A DNA stretch of 64,000 bases from Nitrospirales bacterium (GTDB taxonomy: Bacteria; Nitrospirota; Nitrospiria; Nitrospirales; UBA8639): the NCBI GenBank assembly GCA_965203295.1, contig CBDBCZ010000018.1, positions 608,001 to 672,000 on the forward strand, written 5' to 3'. Of the stretch, positions 20,535-34,140 are shown one piece after another; the stretch's first letter is position 1, and each line of letters starts with the position of its first letter. The notes under the pieces were generated by a model. The model worked only from the letters and a program-made list of their open reading frames with translations, ran no database searches and was not told the origin of the DNA. The position numbers and the translations under genes are program-made.

Positions 20535-21202
20535 TTGCACTGCTCTTCAATAGTACCTAAGTATCACATGGAATTATCGGACGTTAGGCATGCTCTCTGT
20601 GGATACCCCACCCACTTAGGATTAGGAGTTCACGCACTACTGCAATATGCATGTATGTCCACAGGTCAAGGCCATGGATGAACCATCCAGCGTCTAGTTG
20701 TTTATGAGGCCCAGTATCGGCTGTGTCTTCCAGCATTATGGTTAAGGTTTCCTAATTTGTCTCAAAACAATCATTGCTACTTTGTAACCTACTCCCAAAT
20801 CCGCAGCTATAGACTGCTTTGTGTAAGCTACTGACCGATTCGTTGTCCTGCCATCAACTCAAGACTACCCAGGACACGAACTGACAATTGAGTAAATTAT
20901 TAGGTAATTCTACATTGAAATTAATGTGTACATGCACGGAGGCTAACCATAACTATGTTTGAAGATGGAAAAGTCATGAAATGCATATGCATGCCTGTAG
21001 GTGCAGTAGAGTAATAAACTAGTTAGCTCTTGCTTAAAGTTCATTCTACTGATTTCTATAACCCTTTAATATAAATCATTGAAATAAGTGGATGATTGTA
21101 TCACATAACTGTTCTTATAGACAAAATGCACATGGTGTGTTATTTTTCTTGACTGATGTAATTATATTTACTTTCTTACAGGTTATGTAATGGCTAGTAC
21201 AC

Positions 21203-21474
21203 GCATTTTTAATACGGCAGTTGGTCACGCCTACAGCTTGAATGCGGACATACACGAGCGCTAGAGTATGGTCATGGGCTCCTGGTATGGTATACGAGTC
21301 TTTTATTCAACATGGAGCTTAGAAGAGATACTCAGATATAGAAAGCATACTGGAGTATACGTAGAGAAACGCATGTATCACTACGGCGATCAGCCACGCC
21401 TACAGCTCGTATATGGCGTTACAGTCAGCAGGGTCCAGGAGCGTGGTGTATGTCTCTGCTAGAGACCTCTAGTT
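21203..21474 (+). mobile_element. 3' fragment of the Helentron/DINE-like element seen at 43352-43896
   Basis: Shared sequence ggcagttggtcacgcctacagcttgaat...tatgtctctgctagagacctctagtt. Confidence 0.75.
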
Positions 21475-21566
21475 GAAATAAGTGGATGATTGTATCACAT
21501 ATACAAATTACACATGTGTGATATTTTTCTTGACTGATGTAATTATATTTGCTTACAGGTGATGAA

Positions 21567-24500
21567 ATGGCTAGTACAAAGAGCCCAGTTTACTTCAATC
21601 CCAACACCACATACTACAGAAGCCACTTCGCCCTCAAGACAATAATTCAGCTAGTTTCTGAAGAGGAGGAGCCACCAAGCCGCAGTTTTCAGCTAGACTT
21701 TAATCCTGTCTGGTCTGACATTTGCCAGATGCTGCGGTGGTATGGAGCTAACCAGGTGGGCAAGCTCAGGACTGTACCTGACACACTCATGGAGGTGCAG
21801 TTTGCTTCAGACAAAGCCCTGAAAAAGTTTCTGCAGTCCCAGCAGAAGATAGAGACAGGTATGGCCGAGGTCATGACTACAAGATTGCGTGCCGACAAGC
21901 TTCAGGCAAGCAGAATGTATATTGCTATAGTGCGCATGTAATCTCTGTATACATCTTTGAGACGAACATGGTTAACGTGTACAATGTACGCTTTGTTTAC
22001 CAACAGGATCCAAGCACCACCTTTAAGACCTCCACTATGCTGTTACTAGTAACTCCAAATGATACAACCGGCAGCATTGAATTTAGACCAGTCACGCTAG
22101 CCAACCATCGCAACTGTGTGTCCCTCTACATCAGGAGTAAGATGGCTGAGCTACCTAGTGACCCTGACACTGCATTGAAAGCAGGTAGTTCGCCTGCAAC
22201 AAAATTTAATTTTAGCTATATTGTTCGCAGATTTATTAAAATGACAGTGAAAAACAGTAGATGCACGCCATACTTCTTTTTATGACTTATGTTTTCATTT
22301 TGAAACAGTTTAGTGTAAGTTTAGTCTAAGCGTAAAATCCTTCTTCAAGGGGCACTAACATGAATTTTTATTATAGTATGCATGGGACATGGTATTATTG
22401 GTGGTCATTATAAAATTTAAATTTTATAAGTTCCGTTTTTAAATGCAGTTCCTGAGGATGTGTTAGCAGAGGATGACCTACCAGAGCTAATGAAGCTTCT
22501 GTCTGATGTTGTGGACTGGTACGGTTTGGGACTGGTCCTTGGAATACCATTCCACAAGCTACAAATGATAGAGAGTGACCTCTCTGGTGCACAAGTTGGG
22601 CGTACACTGCGGCTGTTGTCGTGTGTTCTTGTGGAGTGGATGCAGAACCACCAGGAAGCAACATGGTCTACTCTGGTTCATGCACTTTCTTCAATCGGGA
22701 AGCGACCAGCTGCACGCAGAATTGCCCATGAATACGGTACATGTGTATATGATGCTACACTATAGCTACTCCTACGTAAAATCTAGTGGCTCATTTGCTT
22801 GTTTCCTTCTACTGTACATGTAGGCATCCATATCGCAAATGAGTCTGTGTTGGAAGATCTCACCCCAGAAGAGGTATGGACCAAATTTTTACTGCATGCC
22901 ACATTAGTGTACAGTAATGCACTTCAATTCTTTTGATCAGAGTGAAAAGCTGCAGGAAATACTAGAGGAAATAAAGAAGGTGCTAAATAGCCAGCCCAGT
23001 GATATGGAAATGGTAAAAATACAAAATGCCATTAAGGAAGCTCAACAAAAGAAACAACTAACATTGAAAACCTTTGCCTCTATTGTTGAAGACACAATTT
23101 CCAAAGTCAAAGTACTCTTAGAACAGAAAGCAAACCTTGAGAAGCAAATCAACAAGAAAGAAAAGCAGTTACGTGAGCTCAGGAAGGGGCAGTGTGTGAC
23201 AGCCTTATTACTGAAGCATGAAGTAACAGAGCTGAAGCAGCAGCTACTGGAAACGGAGCAGGAGTTAAATGCTGCTAGAATTCAACACAGCAATGAGCTA
23301 TTCAAAACATTAGATGAAATCCGTGCCTTAACCAACCAAACCAAGCAGTTGATGAGTGAAAATGATTTACTAGGTGCAGAACTACACAGCAAAATGGCAC
23401 TCATTAATTGTCTTGAAACCTCAACCACATCTCTGATCCAGCTAACTGCCAACCTACAGGTGAGTACTATAAAACACCTAAGCATGCACTTATCATTATG
23501 TTTGAACCACACTTCTGTAGCTCAGTCTGGACGTGGCACTGCAACACCAGCAGCGATTAACATCTCAAATGTTACAGCAGGAAGAACAACACGAGCGTGA
23601 GGTTGCTGCATTGCGCAAGAAAGTGCACGTGCAGTGGAAACAAGATGAGCAGCAATCCAGCAGCCCAGAAGTTCTTAAAAACCTCAAGCAGATCAGCGAC
23701 AATGCACTCATGCAGTTAGACCTTCTGTCAGAAGAAAAACCTCAGGTAATGTTCTAGAAGAGCCTAATTTTTAATTAAAAAAGTTTTTCAGTAACTCATG
23801 AAACTCATGAGCTATGATCAAGATAAAATCTAAAAAAAAGGCTGCATGGTCGGTGGCATGGTTAATGTGTAGACAGCCACATTTCACCGGGAGGCCATAA
23901 TATTACTGTGGCTGGCATCTGATTGTAGCTAATTAGTCTTGCCTCAACAACAGTTGTCTAGCACCTGGTGTGCACCTGATATCATATATAGTAACCAGCT
24001 AGCTGTTGTTGAGAGCCAGTAGGTCTGCCGCCTACTCATTTATAACTTCACATTCAAAGGTAGAGCTCCAACTGTATAGCTCCTTCATTGCCGTTATCAT
24101 TGTCATTTTCAATCGTCAGCCAAACAGCCACCTGATAAATTCAGTTGTACGTACGTAAGGAGAGATTCAAACCATTATAGGTATTCAGGCTTGTGAGGCT
24201 TTCTACCAGAGTTAGGGCATTTTGAGTAATGAATAATTATCTCATTAAAACAATAGCAGGAAATGGGTGCACTTCACACAACACTCTCCATGCTCCACAG
24301 TGTCATTCCAGACACCATCTACCTCAGTGAAAAGTGTTAAGTTGATAGTCTAGCGAGTCAAGCCTTACACACACAGTGCAAACCCATGCGACTTTGCAAA
24401 CACTGACGAAAAATAATAATAATTATTGGCAAAAAGTGGAGTGACCCAAGTCTCCCCTCACTATAGTTCAGGTGGCCCTGAGACTTTCCTATACACCATT

Positions 24501-27303
24501 CTGTACAGATAAAATCCGGAGAGGAAGCCTGCATGCCTATATGTTTTGACAGTCATACCTCACTTTAAGTAATTGTTCTTACTTCAGCTTAGCAACAGGT
24601 GTGCACCATTAGAGAAACCCAAGCCAAACATCCACCTGAAAAACTGTTGTATTAAAGTGATAACCATTAGTCCAAAGTTTCCCAGCTGTAAAATCTAGTT
24701 ACAGAGGTAGAGTCAGAGGTAATTATTATCAGGCTGAAGTTGAAGTGCACTGTGTATGAAGCCCACAATCACACTGTAGGAGGGTGTATTGTGTGCTGGT
24801 GACGGTTGGTTAGAAAGCTGGCAGACTGGCAGTGGTCTCTATATAAGGGATGGTCAAGCACTTAACTATTAGTGCCCACTGAATATTCATTAATTTTCTA
24901 GTAGGATTGTGTTTCGTTTCCTTCCCACCAGAAAATCCTGGAGGAACAGGAGCTCTGCTGTGTGAACCACTCCACCAATCTTGCATCCCCTAATGCACCG
25001 CAAAGCACCATGTCTGTAGCTGTCCAGCAGCCGTCAGAAACACAGCAGGCACCACACAATTATGCTACCTACACTAACTCAGGATCCAAACACAGACACC
25101 CATTGCCTGAGCAGTTGCTACCGAACTCAGACTGGGGAGATTGTAAGTTACACTTTGCTCCATTGCACTTTCCTCCATGAACACATTTGGGCTAAGCAGC
25201 CTAGCTGTTGATATACATCATGTGCATGCGGTTGTCAAGATGTAGGGATGGTAATTCGTGGTGTCACCATTACCTTGTTTGGTCCCTTTCTTGCAATTCC
25301 ATCTTTCATGCTTTTTCATTTTTTTTCAATTAACTCGCTTCAGAGCTGATGTGCACATATCACCCATCACGCTAGAATCATGCACGGGTTATAGGTGTAA
25401 GTTGTACAAAGCAACATCACCTCTCCTCCAGGGTAAACTGATCTTCAGCTTTCCTTATGTATGAAGGCTGTATCCATATAATATATGGATACAGCCTTCA
25501 TATTATATACATTGTGAGGTTTATTTTGACACTCATGGGTGAACTGAACCAGAATGATTTTAGGAAGCAAAGACCACTTAGTTGAGCTTGTTGTTTGGTT
25601 AGTGTAGAAAATGAGCATAGGCTTCTATGCAAAGTATTTCCCCTGTATACAAACACAAGAGACTTTCCCGAGAGTGTATACCGGTCGGAATCAGTTCGTA
25701 GTAAGATAATGAATTATATTCAAGTAACTCAATGTTTTCATACTGTTCCCTGAAAATCCCTTTCACAGCCGTTGTAGTTGCTATGTCATTCCCAGAGACT
25801 CCCCCCACATTATAAGCATAGTGAACCTAGCCATCCCAGCTTCTTTCACTTGCTGGAAGAAAGAGCAATAAAAGGTTGGACGGCGGTGTTTGAGGCTAGA
25901 AGCAAGAGCACATGAATTATTATCTTTCCAGCCTCCATTAGAGAAAGAGCGTATAACTTTTGAACCTTTCAAACAGATGGACCAACTGAACCTTAGTAAA
26001 ATTATTGTAGTCTGACCATATTACAGTTAACATGGAGTACGGTAGTACTCCATAGTTAGGGATGGCTCTAAAACAAAATGGCGTCTCCATTAACTGTGTA
26101 TAAAATAACATGTTCAGAACTCTGCTGCAGGTGTTGTCTAGGGCTTACTTATATGAGCCCTACCAGTTATTTTCAAGTGTTGTCATCACTAAATAACATC
26201 ATTGAAGTACCAACCAGTTAAACAGGCAGATTCAACAATCTTCTGATTCTGATTCTTCAGCAAGGCTAGCGCAATAATGTCAGAAGCGATTACAATGATT
26301 CTAACACGAATAGGCATCATTTTCTCCGGACTATTACACTCATTGCATAGCGTATTCGCACAATCGAATAGTTTAGGCAGTCATTCACGAGTATTCTTGA
26401 GCGGAAGCTCGCTGTTGCACGCCATTTAATGACTTGGATTACGTAATGCTTAGACTGCATGTGTTCGTCTATTAAACGCCTACCTTTGATCGCAGACTGC
26501 CTGGGCTTGAGCTGCGAGTTGTATCTCCTGGTTCATTACTGCGTAAGTTACGCAAGCTTTAGTTATAAAAATGAAGACACTTTTATTCACATGGCAGATT
26601 ATATTTGTTCGGTGAACGGCTTCTGGCCAGATGTGCTGTTGAAGAAATTAAACCATATTCTTGTGTAACCAGACTAACCGGTATCATAAGGAAAAGACTC
26701 CATTTATAAGTTACGTTCTAATGAGATGAATAATACTGGAGGGGGCAGACAGCTATTTGCAGTACACGTCTTTGTCTTTGGTGTGTGCATGCAGTGCCAT
26801 GCCATTGATGGAACTGTCCACGCACAGCCAATAATGACTGATACAACTGCCCCCAGTTAAACACAGACACTGCACTGCATCTACTGCACTCTACAACTAG
26901 CCTCGAACCCAGACCTTCCATGGACCTTTCAAAATCTGCATGGAAGGCCTCAGTTCGAGGCTACTCTAACGCCACTTGATCAATACTGCACATGCATATT
27001 GCACATGCATACCACACACAACCATGTGTCATTTGTTCGATCCCTAACGTTGAGCAATCACTAGCATACACAAAGTTGCATAAATAAAGTTCCCCGCCCC
27101 CGAACTCTGTGGTGCCAGCACAGCAGTAAAGAAATTAAATTACTGGTGAGTGGTGAGTAGTACAGCTCAGCAACCTATTCTCCATCTTGTACACAGTGCC
27201 ACCCCTTTCACCAGCAAGCCAAGTTCACCATGCCAGTCCGAACATGCGAAAACTTTTCAGATACACAAACCCAGTCTTAAAAAAAGTGGAGTATTGGGTA
27301 TGA
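21567..27303 (+). CDS. Copy B: N-terminal domain, death domain, coiled coil and Pro/Ser-rich tail
   Basis: Exons 21567-21905 (GC donor), 22007-22184, 22449-22736, 22824-22873, 22941-23459 and 23521-23745, with probable tail exons 24932-25142 and 27197-27303 (..LKKVEYWV*). The phases chain; the tail exons are less certain. Confidence 0.75.
26898..26963. mobile_element. Tiny TAG..CTA MITE
   Basis: tagcctcgaacccagaccttccatg ... catggaaggcctcagttcgaggcta. Confidence 0.6.
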
Positions 27304-29596
27304 TTGAAGTAAATTTTTGTGTATGTTTTACAATTATTTTTCTCATCCTTTATCACCTTGAGATTAGTATGACATGTCAAGTATTGTAGTTCCAGAATAC
27401 CACTTCGGGTTCTATCTAACTCCTACCTACATACTGCAAGTCAAAACAGCTACGTATTGTTTGCCGTGAAAAGCTGCTCAAAATATGATTTGTCATACAC
27501 TCGTGCATTTTTAAATCGATCATTGTACAATTTATGCATTTTCCAGTACATCATAATAGCTTGGCCCACTATGTCTTGCAGACCTTAATTTATCCACTAC
27601 TAATCTGTATGTAACTCCAATTAGAAGAGATCTCTGCTTTTTGGAACTTAGCTATTTGCTGTCTCGCAAATGCCACCAGACAGTAGAGTGCGCAATGAGC
27701 TAAGGTGGCAATGTGGGTGTATGCGATATAGTTTTAGAGGGACGAGATTGTACCGTTATAAATAGTTGCAAACAAAAGATCTGAGTCAGAGTCTATACAG
27801 ATGCCCACTGCTTCCCGGCCACTGTCAGCATGGCATGTGCATGCAGTACCCACCACCATAGCATATCACACAACTACTACAAGTAACAACACGCAGTAGT
27901 GCATGGTAGCAGGGAGCTGGGACTATAAAACACCAAACGGCACCAAACGGCAGCATACCATAAAATAATGCTCCACTATCTCATACAGCTGACACCTGCC
28001 CAGGAGAAAAGCTGTCGCTATGTGGAAATACATGCATTCTATTGTCATCCCTTCCTGAGCTATGACATACACATTTCACAGCTCACTCATGAGGATCATA
28101 CAGCAGTCAATGAAATCTACGCAGTAGCAGTGGCACACAGAGGTACATTGGTAGCTAATGAACATGCCAAGCTTATTCATTCATCTCAAACGCTAATTTG
28201 CATTCCACAAAATTCACAACTTGTCTCTCTCTCTCAAGCCATGTTGGTTAGTTGTACAGGTATATACTAGTTCAGCCATCATTGGCGGCATCAGAGCGAA
28301 TGTTTTCACATCAGGCAAGGATCACCTTTGTATAGAAGATTTTTTCAGCTACAATAAAAGACTTTAACTCTCTTGAGTATAATATTATAGGTAATTTTTG
28401 TAGTATTGGTATTGGTTTAAATTTTTCAATTTCATTGGGTAATAGGCATAATCGGGAATAATAGGTAAGGCAAAAAGAATGATAGGTGTAATCCCTGAGA
28501 ATTAAAGAATAGAATAATAATGGGTAGAAAAATTGACTAGCTTGGCAATGGGTTTGAGGTGAGGGTAGCTAGTGCATATGTACACCAGCATCAGCCCTAG
28601 ATTACACAGCTGTGTCATATTATAGCTAACTAAGACCTGTTCATGTAGCTACTCCATGCAGTCCTTTTTGTTGATAACAATTCCATTTTGTTGATCTCCA
28701 TGATAACCCATCTGAACTCAGCTAGACTCGTGCCCAGTTTGGATGCTCAGCCACGCGCGATATTCACCGTACCCATTATATTCTTAAAAATATTAACCTA
28801 TTATTCTCGCATAATTGTCTATCTCTCCTGGCAGTCAGGGGAAGGACTACTAATACATACTCTGTAAAACAGTCCATGACTACTCCCCTTGCACAAATGC
28901 GTGGATCCACGTCAGTGATCTACCAGCCCCTCAAAGCAATGTTGTCACCAACAGAACTCCTACTTACGGCTGGAACAAAGGCAGACAGAATTCAGTGTAC
29001 ATGCATGTACAAAGGGATCCTCAGGATTGAGCGATTGGTTTATCTTATACACCAGTAGTTGATACTGTATTATTCATTCTATTGCTACTAGAGATATGCA
29101 GGGCATAGTGGGGCAAGCCTTCGCGCAACATAGGCCTATAGCGTGCAGTAGAAAACGTGATGACGATGAGGGATATATAATTTAAGTAACTTGAAAGTGT
29201 ACAAGAATGTGGAGAACGCTCCAGAGTGCATTCCTGTCAGTATGTTCTATCATAGATAATCTATGCACTAAACTATCTATGGTTCTATGGTCTCTGCTCA
29301 GTGATGAGGTCCATCGCCCCCTTGAAGCAGAGCAGGAGCATCAGAGTGTAGTGCCTACACTACAGCACACTAGCTGATATTTTCACAGCATGGCAGTCAA
29401 AAAGGAACTGGATAAGCTTAGCTTATAACTATGACAAGCTCACTGGGTACAGTCATGGCAAGCTAGTGACATAAGAGAATGAGTGTATGAAAGCGGCCAT
29501 CCTAAATACTAAATGTTTGGTCAAGCAATGAGGGAATATATCCGATATTAATTCCTGCAGTTCCTACTTGTGGCCAAGTAGAAATTTGAAAATGAG

Positions 29597-29866
29597 GAAT
29601 TTGGTCAATCAAAAAACCAAAAAACCTAACGTTGAAACTTAGCAACATTAGAAAATTTGGTCAACAAAAAAAACAAAAAACCTCATGTTCAAACTTAGCA
29701 ACATTAGAAATTTTGGTTAACCAAAAAACCAAAAAACCTAATGTTCAAACATAGCAAAATTAGGAAATTTGGTCAAACAAAAAAACAAAAAACCTGATGT
29801 TCAAACTTAGCAACATTAGAAATTTTGGTTAACCAAAGAACCAAAAAACCTAATGTTCAAACTTAG
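29597..29866 (+). repeat. Left subterminal array of ~57-bp repeats (~5 units)
   Basis: Unit ~gaaatttggtcaaccaaaaaaccaaaaaacctaatgttcaaacttagcaacatta. Confidence 0.9.
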
Positions 29867-30299
29867 CCACACAAAAAAAACTATTATGGGTCAATAACAA
29901 TCTTGGGAATGGAACCAACTAGAAAGCTGTCCCAATTCCAGTTAATTTAATTGTCCTGGCATGGGAGCAAAAGCAAGTTAGTGAATCAGAAAAACTTCAT
30001 TTGGTTTGTGAATCAGGAAGGCTTATTGGTGAAACAGAAAAGAGGTGAGTTTTATATGAGGGTTAAAATATTAGCAATGAGGAGTAACTACATAATATGT
30101 CACAGTATGTAGCTATGATATCTGCATGTTGGAGATATGTAGGCAATGAATTGAATTTTGTACACAATAAGCAGAGGTAGTAAATTTCATGTACACAAGA
30201 CAATGAGTGTGCTAGGAACAGGTTACTTACAGTCTTTCTTATTAATACGATCTTCTAATAGTTATTAAGTCTTTCCTCTATCCCAGACTGTTGGTAGAA

Positions 30300-31868
30300 A
30301 TGGAAGAAGAAAAGTATGTAGTTACACATGGGGAGAAAACAGTACGGATTAGGCCAAGCTTACTAACAACCGAGACACTAGGCTTAGCATTTAATCTGTT
30401 TCCAGACCGGATAATCCTTGAGAGTGACGATGGAACAATCGAACTCCCGAATAGAAAGTGTCAATTTGTTGATATTGACTCCAGCATCGTTTGGGTTTGC
30501 TCAGGTACTTCAATTTCACAGCCGCCTACTCAACCAGGCCCTAGTTCAATTAATTATGCCTATCAACAGCCCAAGCAAAAGAAGTTTAGCCCTGTCTTCA
30601 CCACTGAGTTGCTTTCAAAGAATAAACCCCCAGGTGTTGTTCGCCAAGAAACTTCCAAAAAGTCATGGAACAAAGTTGTTCAAATTTGCACCTGGGATGA
30701 TGCAAGCAGTTCCTGGACCAAGATTGAGAACCTGCCCATCCAGCTTACTGAAGAGACAGCTACAGTCCCCTACATCACTGACAGAGTGAGCCAGGATTCT
30801 TTTGGTGGAGCAGAGTGTGTCTTGGTAGATAAGGACTACCTTGCCATCCCAAACACATCTAGCACCAGAGGTAATTTAGACTGTGTGGGATTGTTTTTAG
30901 TTGTCACCTAAACATTGTTTTTGCGGTCTATACTATTATTTGTTTCACACATGTGGGGTAACATGAACAGCTGGCAATAACTTCTAGGCCCCCCAAGAGC
31001 TCTTCTAGCCACATAAATGTAAACATAATGTGGCTTTGTTCCCAGGCTCTACTGCGCCTATCTTCCAAGTCACATGCAGATGTAAACCATTCTCAAGTTT
31101 CCATGGGCACTACCTATACCCCAAAGATTTTATGCATGTATACATGTATAAGTACACATGCATTTCCATCTCAGTAGCTAGATTTACATCTGCATTATTT
31201 TTCCAGGGGCCAAGTATTGGAAGGGCGCCAAACGCATCAATGCCATTTTCAAAGAAGAATTTCAGAAGCGATGTAAGAAGTGCACTAGGCCTTCTGTAAC
31301 TTATATTTCGGATGATGATGATTTTGAGCCCTCATCTTCAAAAAGGCCAGCATTGTCAGTGAAATCGAGCACTGAAACACAATGTCGTTCTTCTGTAACA
31401 ACCGACCCTAAAATTGCTTCCCGAATATTGTCACTCGAGTACCGAATGGTAAAGGTCGAGTCTGAACTGTTCAAGCAACAATCGGAATTTGACAAAGAGA
31501 GAGCTGATCTAAATCAAGAGATTGATGACTTAAGGGACGAAAAGTTTGAACTAGAAGATAAACTTGATGATTCAAAGCTAGAGGTTCAACAGCTGAAGAA
31601 AAAAGTTGAACCACTTACAGTCCTCAGAAATGATTTTCGCTGTCTAGTCTGTTTACGTACGTGTGCCCTCCCGTGCATCAAAGCTCCATGTTGCGATATA
31701 ATCGTTGGATGTCAATCATGTATCAGTCGTTGGCTTGAAACGCGTTCTGTTTGCCCACACTGTCGTGCTAACTTAGCAGCAGCTGACTGTATAACCGTAC
31801 CGTACATCAAACAGCTAGCAGATGCTATAAAGGATGAACCCGTTTTCACTTCTGAGAGCACCGAATAA
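30300..31868 (+). CDS. Transposon-borne 410-aa protein with a coiled coil and C-terminal RING finger (putative E3 ubiquitin ligase)
   Basis: Exons 30300-30870 and 31207-31868 join in phase (..STRG|AKYWKGAKRI..). The C-terminus reads CLVCLRTCALPCIKAPCCDIIVGCQSCISRWLETRSVCPHCR, and the frame is intact. Confidence 0.85.
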
Positions 31869-32050
31869 ACAAATTTTGCCCAGAACGATTCGTATTTGCT
31901 GAACTCTGTTGGAATTTAATATTATGCATAGTCGTTTCTTCTTAATTCTTAGTAACTGGAAACATGATCTCTATATCAACATATTTGTTCTCTTGTTTAT
32001 AGTCACCTGTCATACACAATATCGTAGTATGTGTATTTGCGGATGTTTAT

Positions 32051-33516
32051 TTACAACAATGATTTTAAGGAATCTGTATACGAAATAAAATCAAGAATTG
32101 CTTTCTCTAAAAGCTGTCCATTACTACTAACTACATTACTAAAGATATCTTCATATGAAGGATTGGTCATCATAAACCATTGGTCTCTTTGCTGCACCAA
32201 ATCAGCACGATCTCTTAGAGGGTCTCGCCCAAGTGACTATATTCTATCAGTTGACCTCCCTGAGCCTCATACATCTGCTTTGCATCAGCAACTGACAGAA
32301 CAAGATGGGGTGCAATTGGTGTCACTTGATTGTTCTCAGCAGCCCTTTGTTCTGGAACACCCGCCCCTTGAAAGATAGACAAGCATGAATTATCCCCAGT
32401 GGCAAAACATGCATGCTACATTTTCATACCTGACACCGAATGATGGTTCCAAGATGAAACAAATTTGTGTATTCCTCTCGCACAAACATTACAAGCCACA
32501 AAGGAAACAAAATCTATTTGTGTGCCCACTCATATTTAGCAGCTGTCTCTCCTCCATCCTGATCAGCACCCGCTTTACTGGATAGTTAACTCTTGAATTC
32601 ACCTCTGGCCATATTCTTTCTATGGTGAGATTCTAATTTAAAAGACAATTACATTTAGCAATGATCAGGATACACATCGACATAAGCAATGCACACCTGT
32701 GTTGATGGTGACTGGACATATGGCAGTATATCTGTCGCACCATAGTGACAGTTTGTTCTTAAATGGTTCTGAACAAACAGTGTCAAGTAGAATTCTGTTC
32801 CATGATCTACCCTTACTTGGTCCCACAGACCATATTCTAGAATTGCTTTCCTACATAAAAATATATGAATAATATTAATATAAAATTTATGAAATATTAA
32901 CACATTTGCATACCTGTATACTGCTTCATAAATTGCCAGTCCATTCTTCACAGGAAGGGTAAGGTGTGCAACAATTTTGCCTGAGTAGCCATCTCTTGCA
33001 ATGACATGAGTAACCCCAAACATCGACAACTTCTCATTTTGATCTGGGTGCACTTTGTGACCAAAATATCTTGCACAGTACCGCACTGGATTCACCCTGT
33101 CCACTGTATTGTGCCTTCTTTGATCATAGCTAAGAGGATCCACACGCTGGAGTGAATCTGCTACTCGCTCTTCTGATACATTGATCCCTTGAGATGCTAA
33201 GTATCCTTTCATCATCTGGCGCCCGTATGTGCTGCCAACCTGCATGCCATGCAACAGTCATTAACCATACCATTCTCTAAGGCTATAGCACTGGTCATCA
33301 GCCTACCTCAGAGACTGCATCCTCCACAATGCTGTCCAGCTCTACACCAGTGGGCTTATGAATTGAGTGCTGGCTACAAAATCTCCTTACACTTCTCTCA
33401 GATAGCCCTCTTGAGATTTGAGGGAAGCGAGCCTGGAGAGTTTCACTAATCTGCTGATGTGTTAGCCCTTTGAATACCAACTCTTTTACTTCTTCAGGGT
33501 CTATGGTGCCATCCAT
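32051..33516 (-). pseudogene. Spliced DDE transposase (N-terminal HTH plus integrase core) with two apparent frameshifts
   Basis: Exons 33516-33307, 33239-32914, 32850-32697, 32632-32430 and ~32367-32051. Motifs are HPDQNEKL, DGYSGKI, RVDHGTEF, NLTIERIWPEVN and SWNHH. Frame breaks at ~32506 and ~32231. Confidence 0.85.
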
Positions 33517-33749
33517 CTTACTCAGAGTGATAGGGTCACAGACTGAACAAATATTTTCCACTAGCTAGTTGGTAGGGTATCAATACAGCATGAAGAATAA
33601 AACTGATGGTCCTGGTTCCATATCTTGGTATTCGGTTCTCAGGTTGTTAACTATCCATACCCATACCCATACCAGTAACAAGGTATACCGTCCCAAGATT
33701 TGCTTTCAGGTTAACAAATCTTGATATTTCCTTTTTTACCACATTTCTT

Positions 33750-34140
33750 AATCTTGCTAAGTTTGAACATTTGGTTTTTTGTTTTTTTTTGGTTCTTTGG
33801 TCAACCAAATGTTGATAAGTTGAACAGTAGATTTTTTGGTTTTTCAGTTGACCAAATTTCCTAATGTTGCTAAGTTTGAACATAAAGTTTTTTGATTTTT
33901 CTATTGACCAAATTTCCTAATGTTGCTAAGTTTCAACGTTAGGTTCTTTGGTTTTTTGTTTGACCAAATTTCCTAATTTTGCTATGTTTGAACATTAGGT
34001 TTTTTGGTTTTTTGGTTAACCAAAATTTCTAATGTTGCTAAGTTTGAACATGAGGTTTTTTGTTTTTTTTTGTTGACCAAATTTTCTAATGTTGCTAAGT
34101 TTCAACGTTAGGTTTTTTGATTTTTGATTGACCAAATTCC
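33750..34140 (-). repeat. Right subterminal array of ~57-bp repeats (~7 units, inverted)
   Basis: Reverse complement of the left array. Confidence 0.9.

Noticed and set aside
29597..29866. Regular repeats as a CRISPR-like array
   Set aside because: Units are contiguous with no unique spacers, mirror the other TIR, and the context is eukaryotic with no cas genes.
32031..32585. Plus-strand ORFs 32031-32378 and 32385-32585
   Set aside because: Antisense shadows of the transposase exons.
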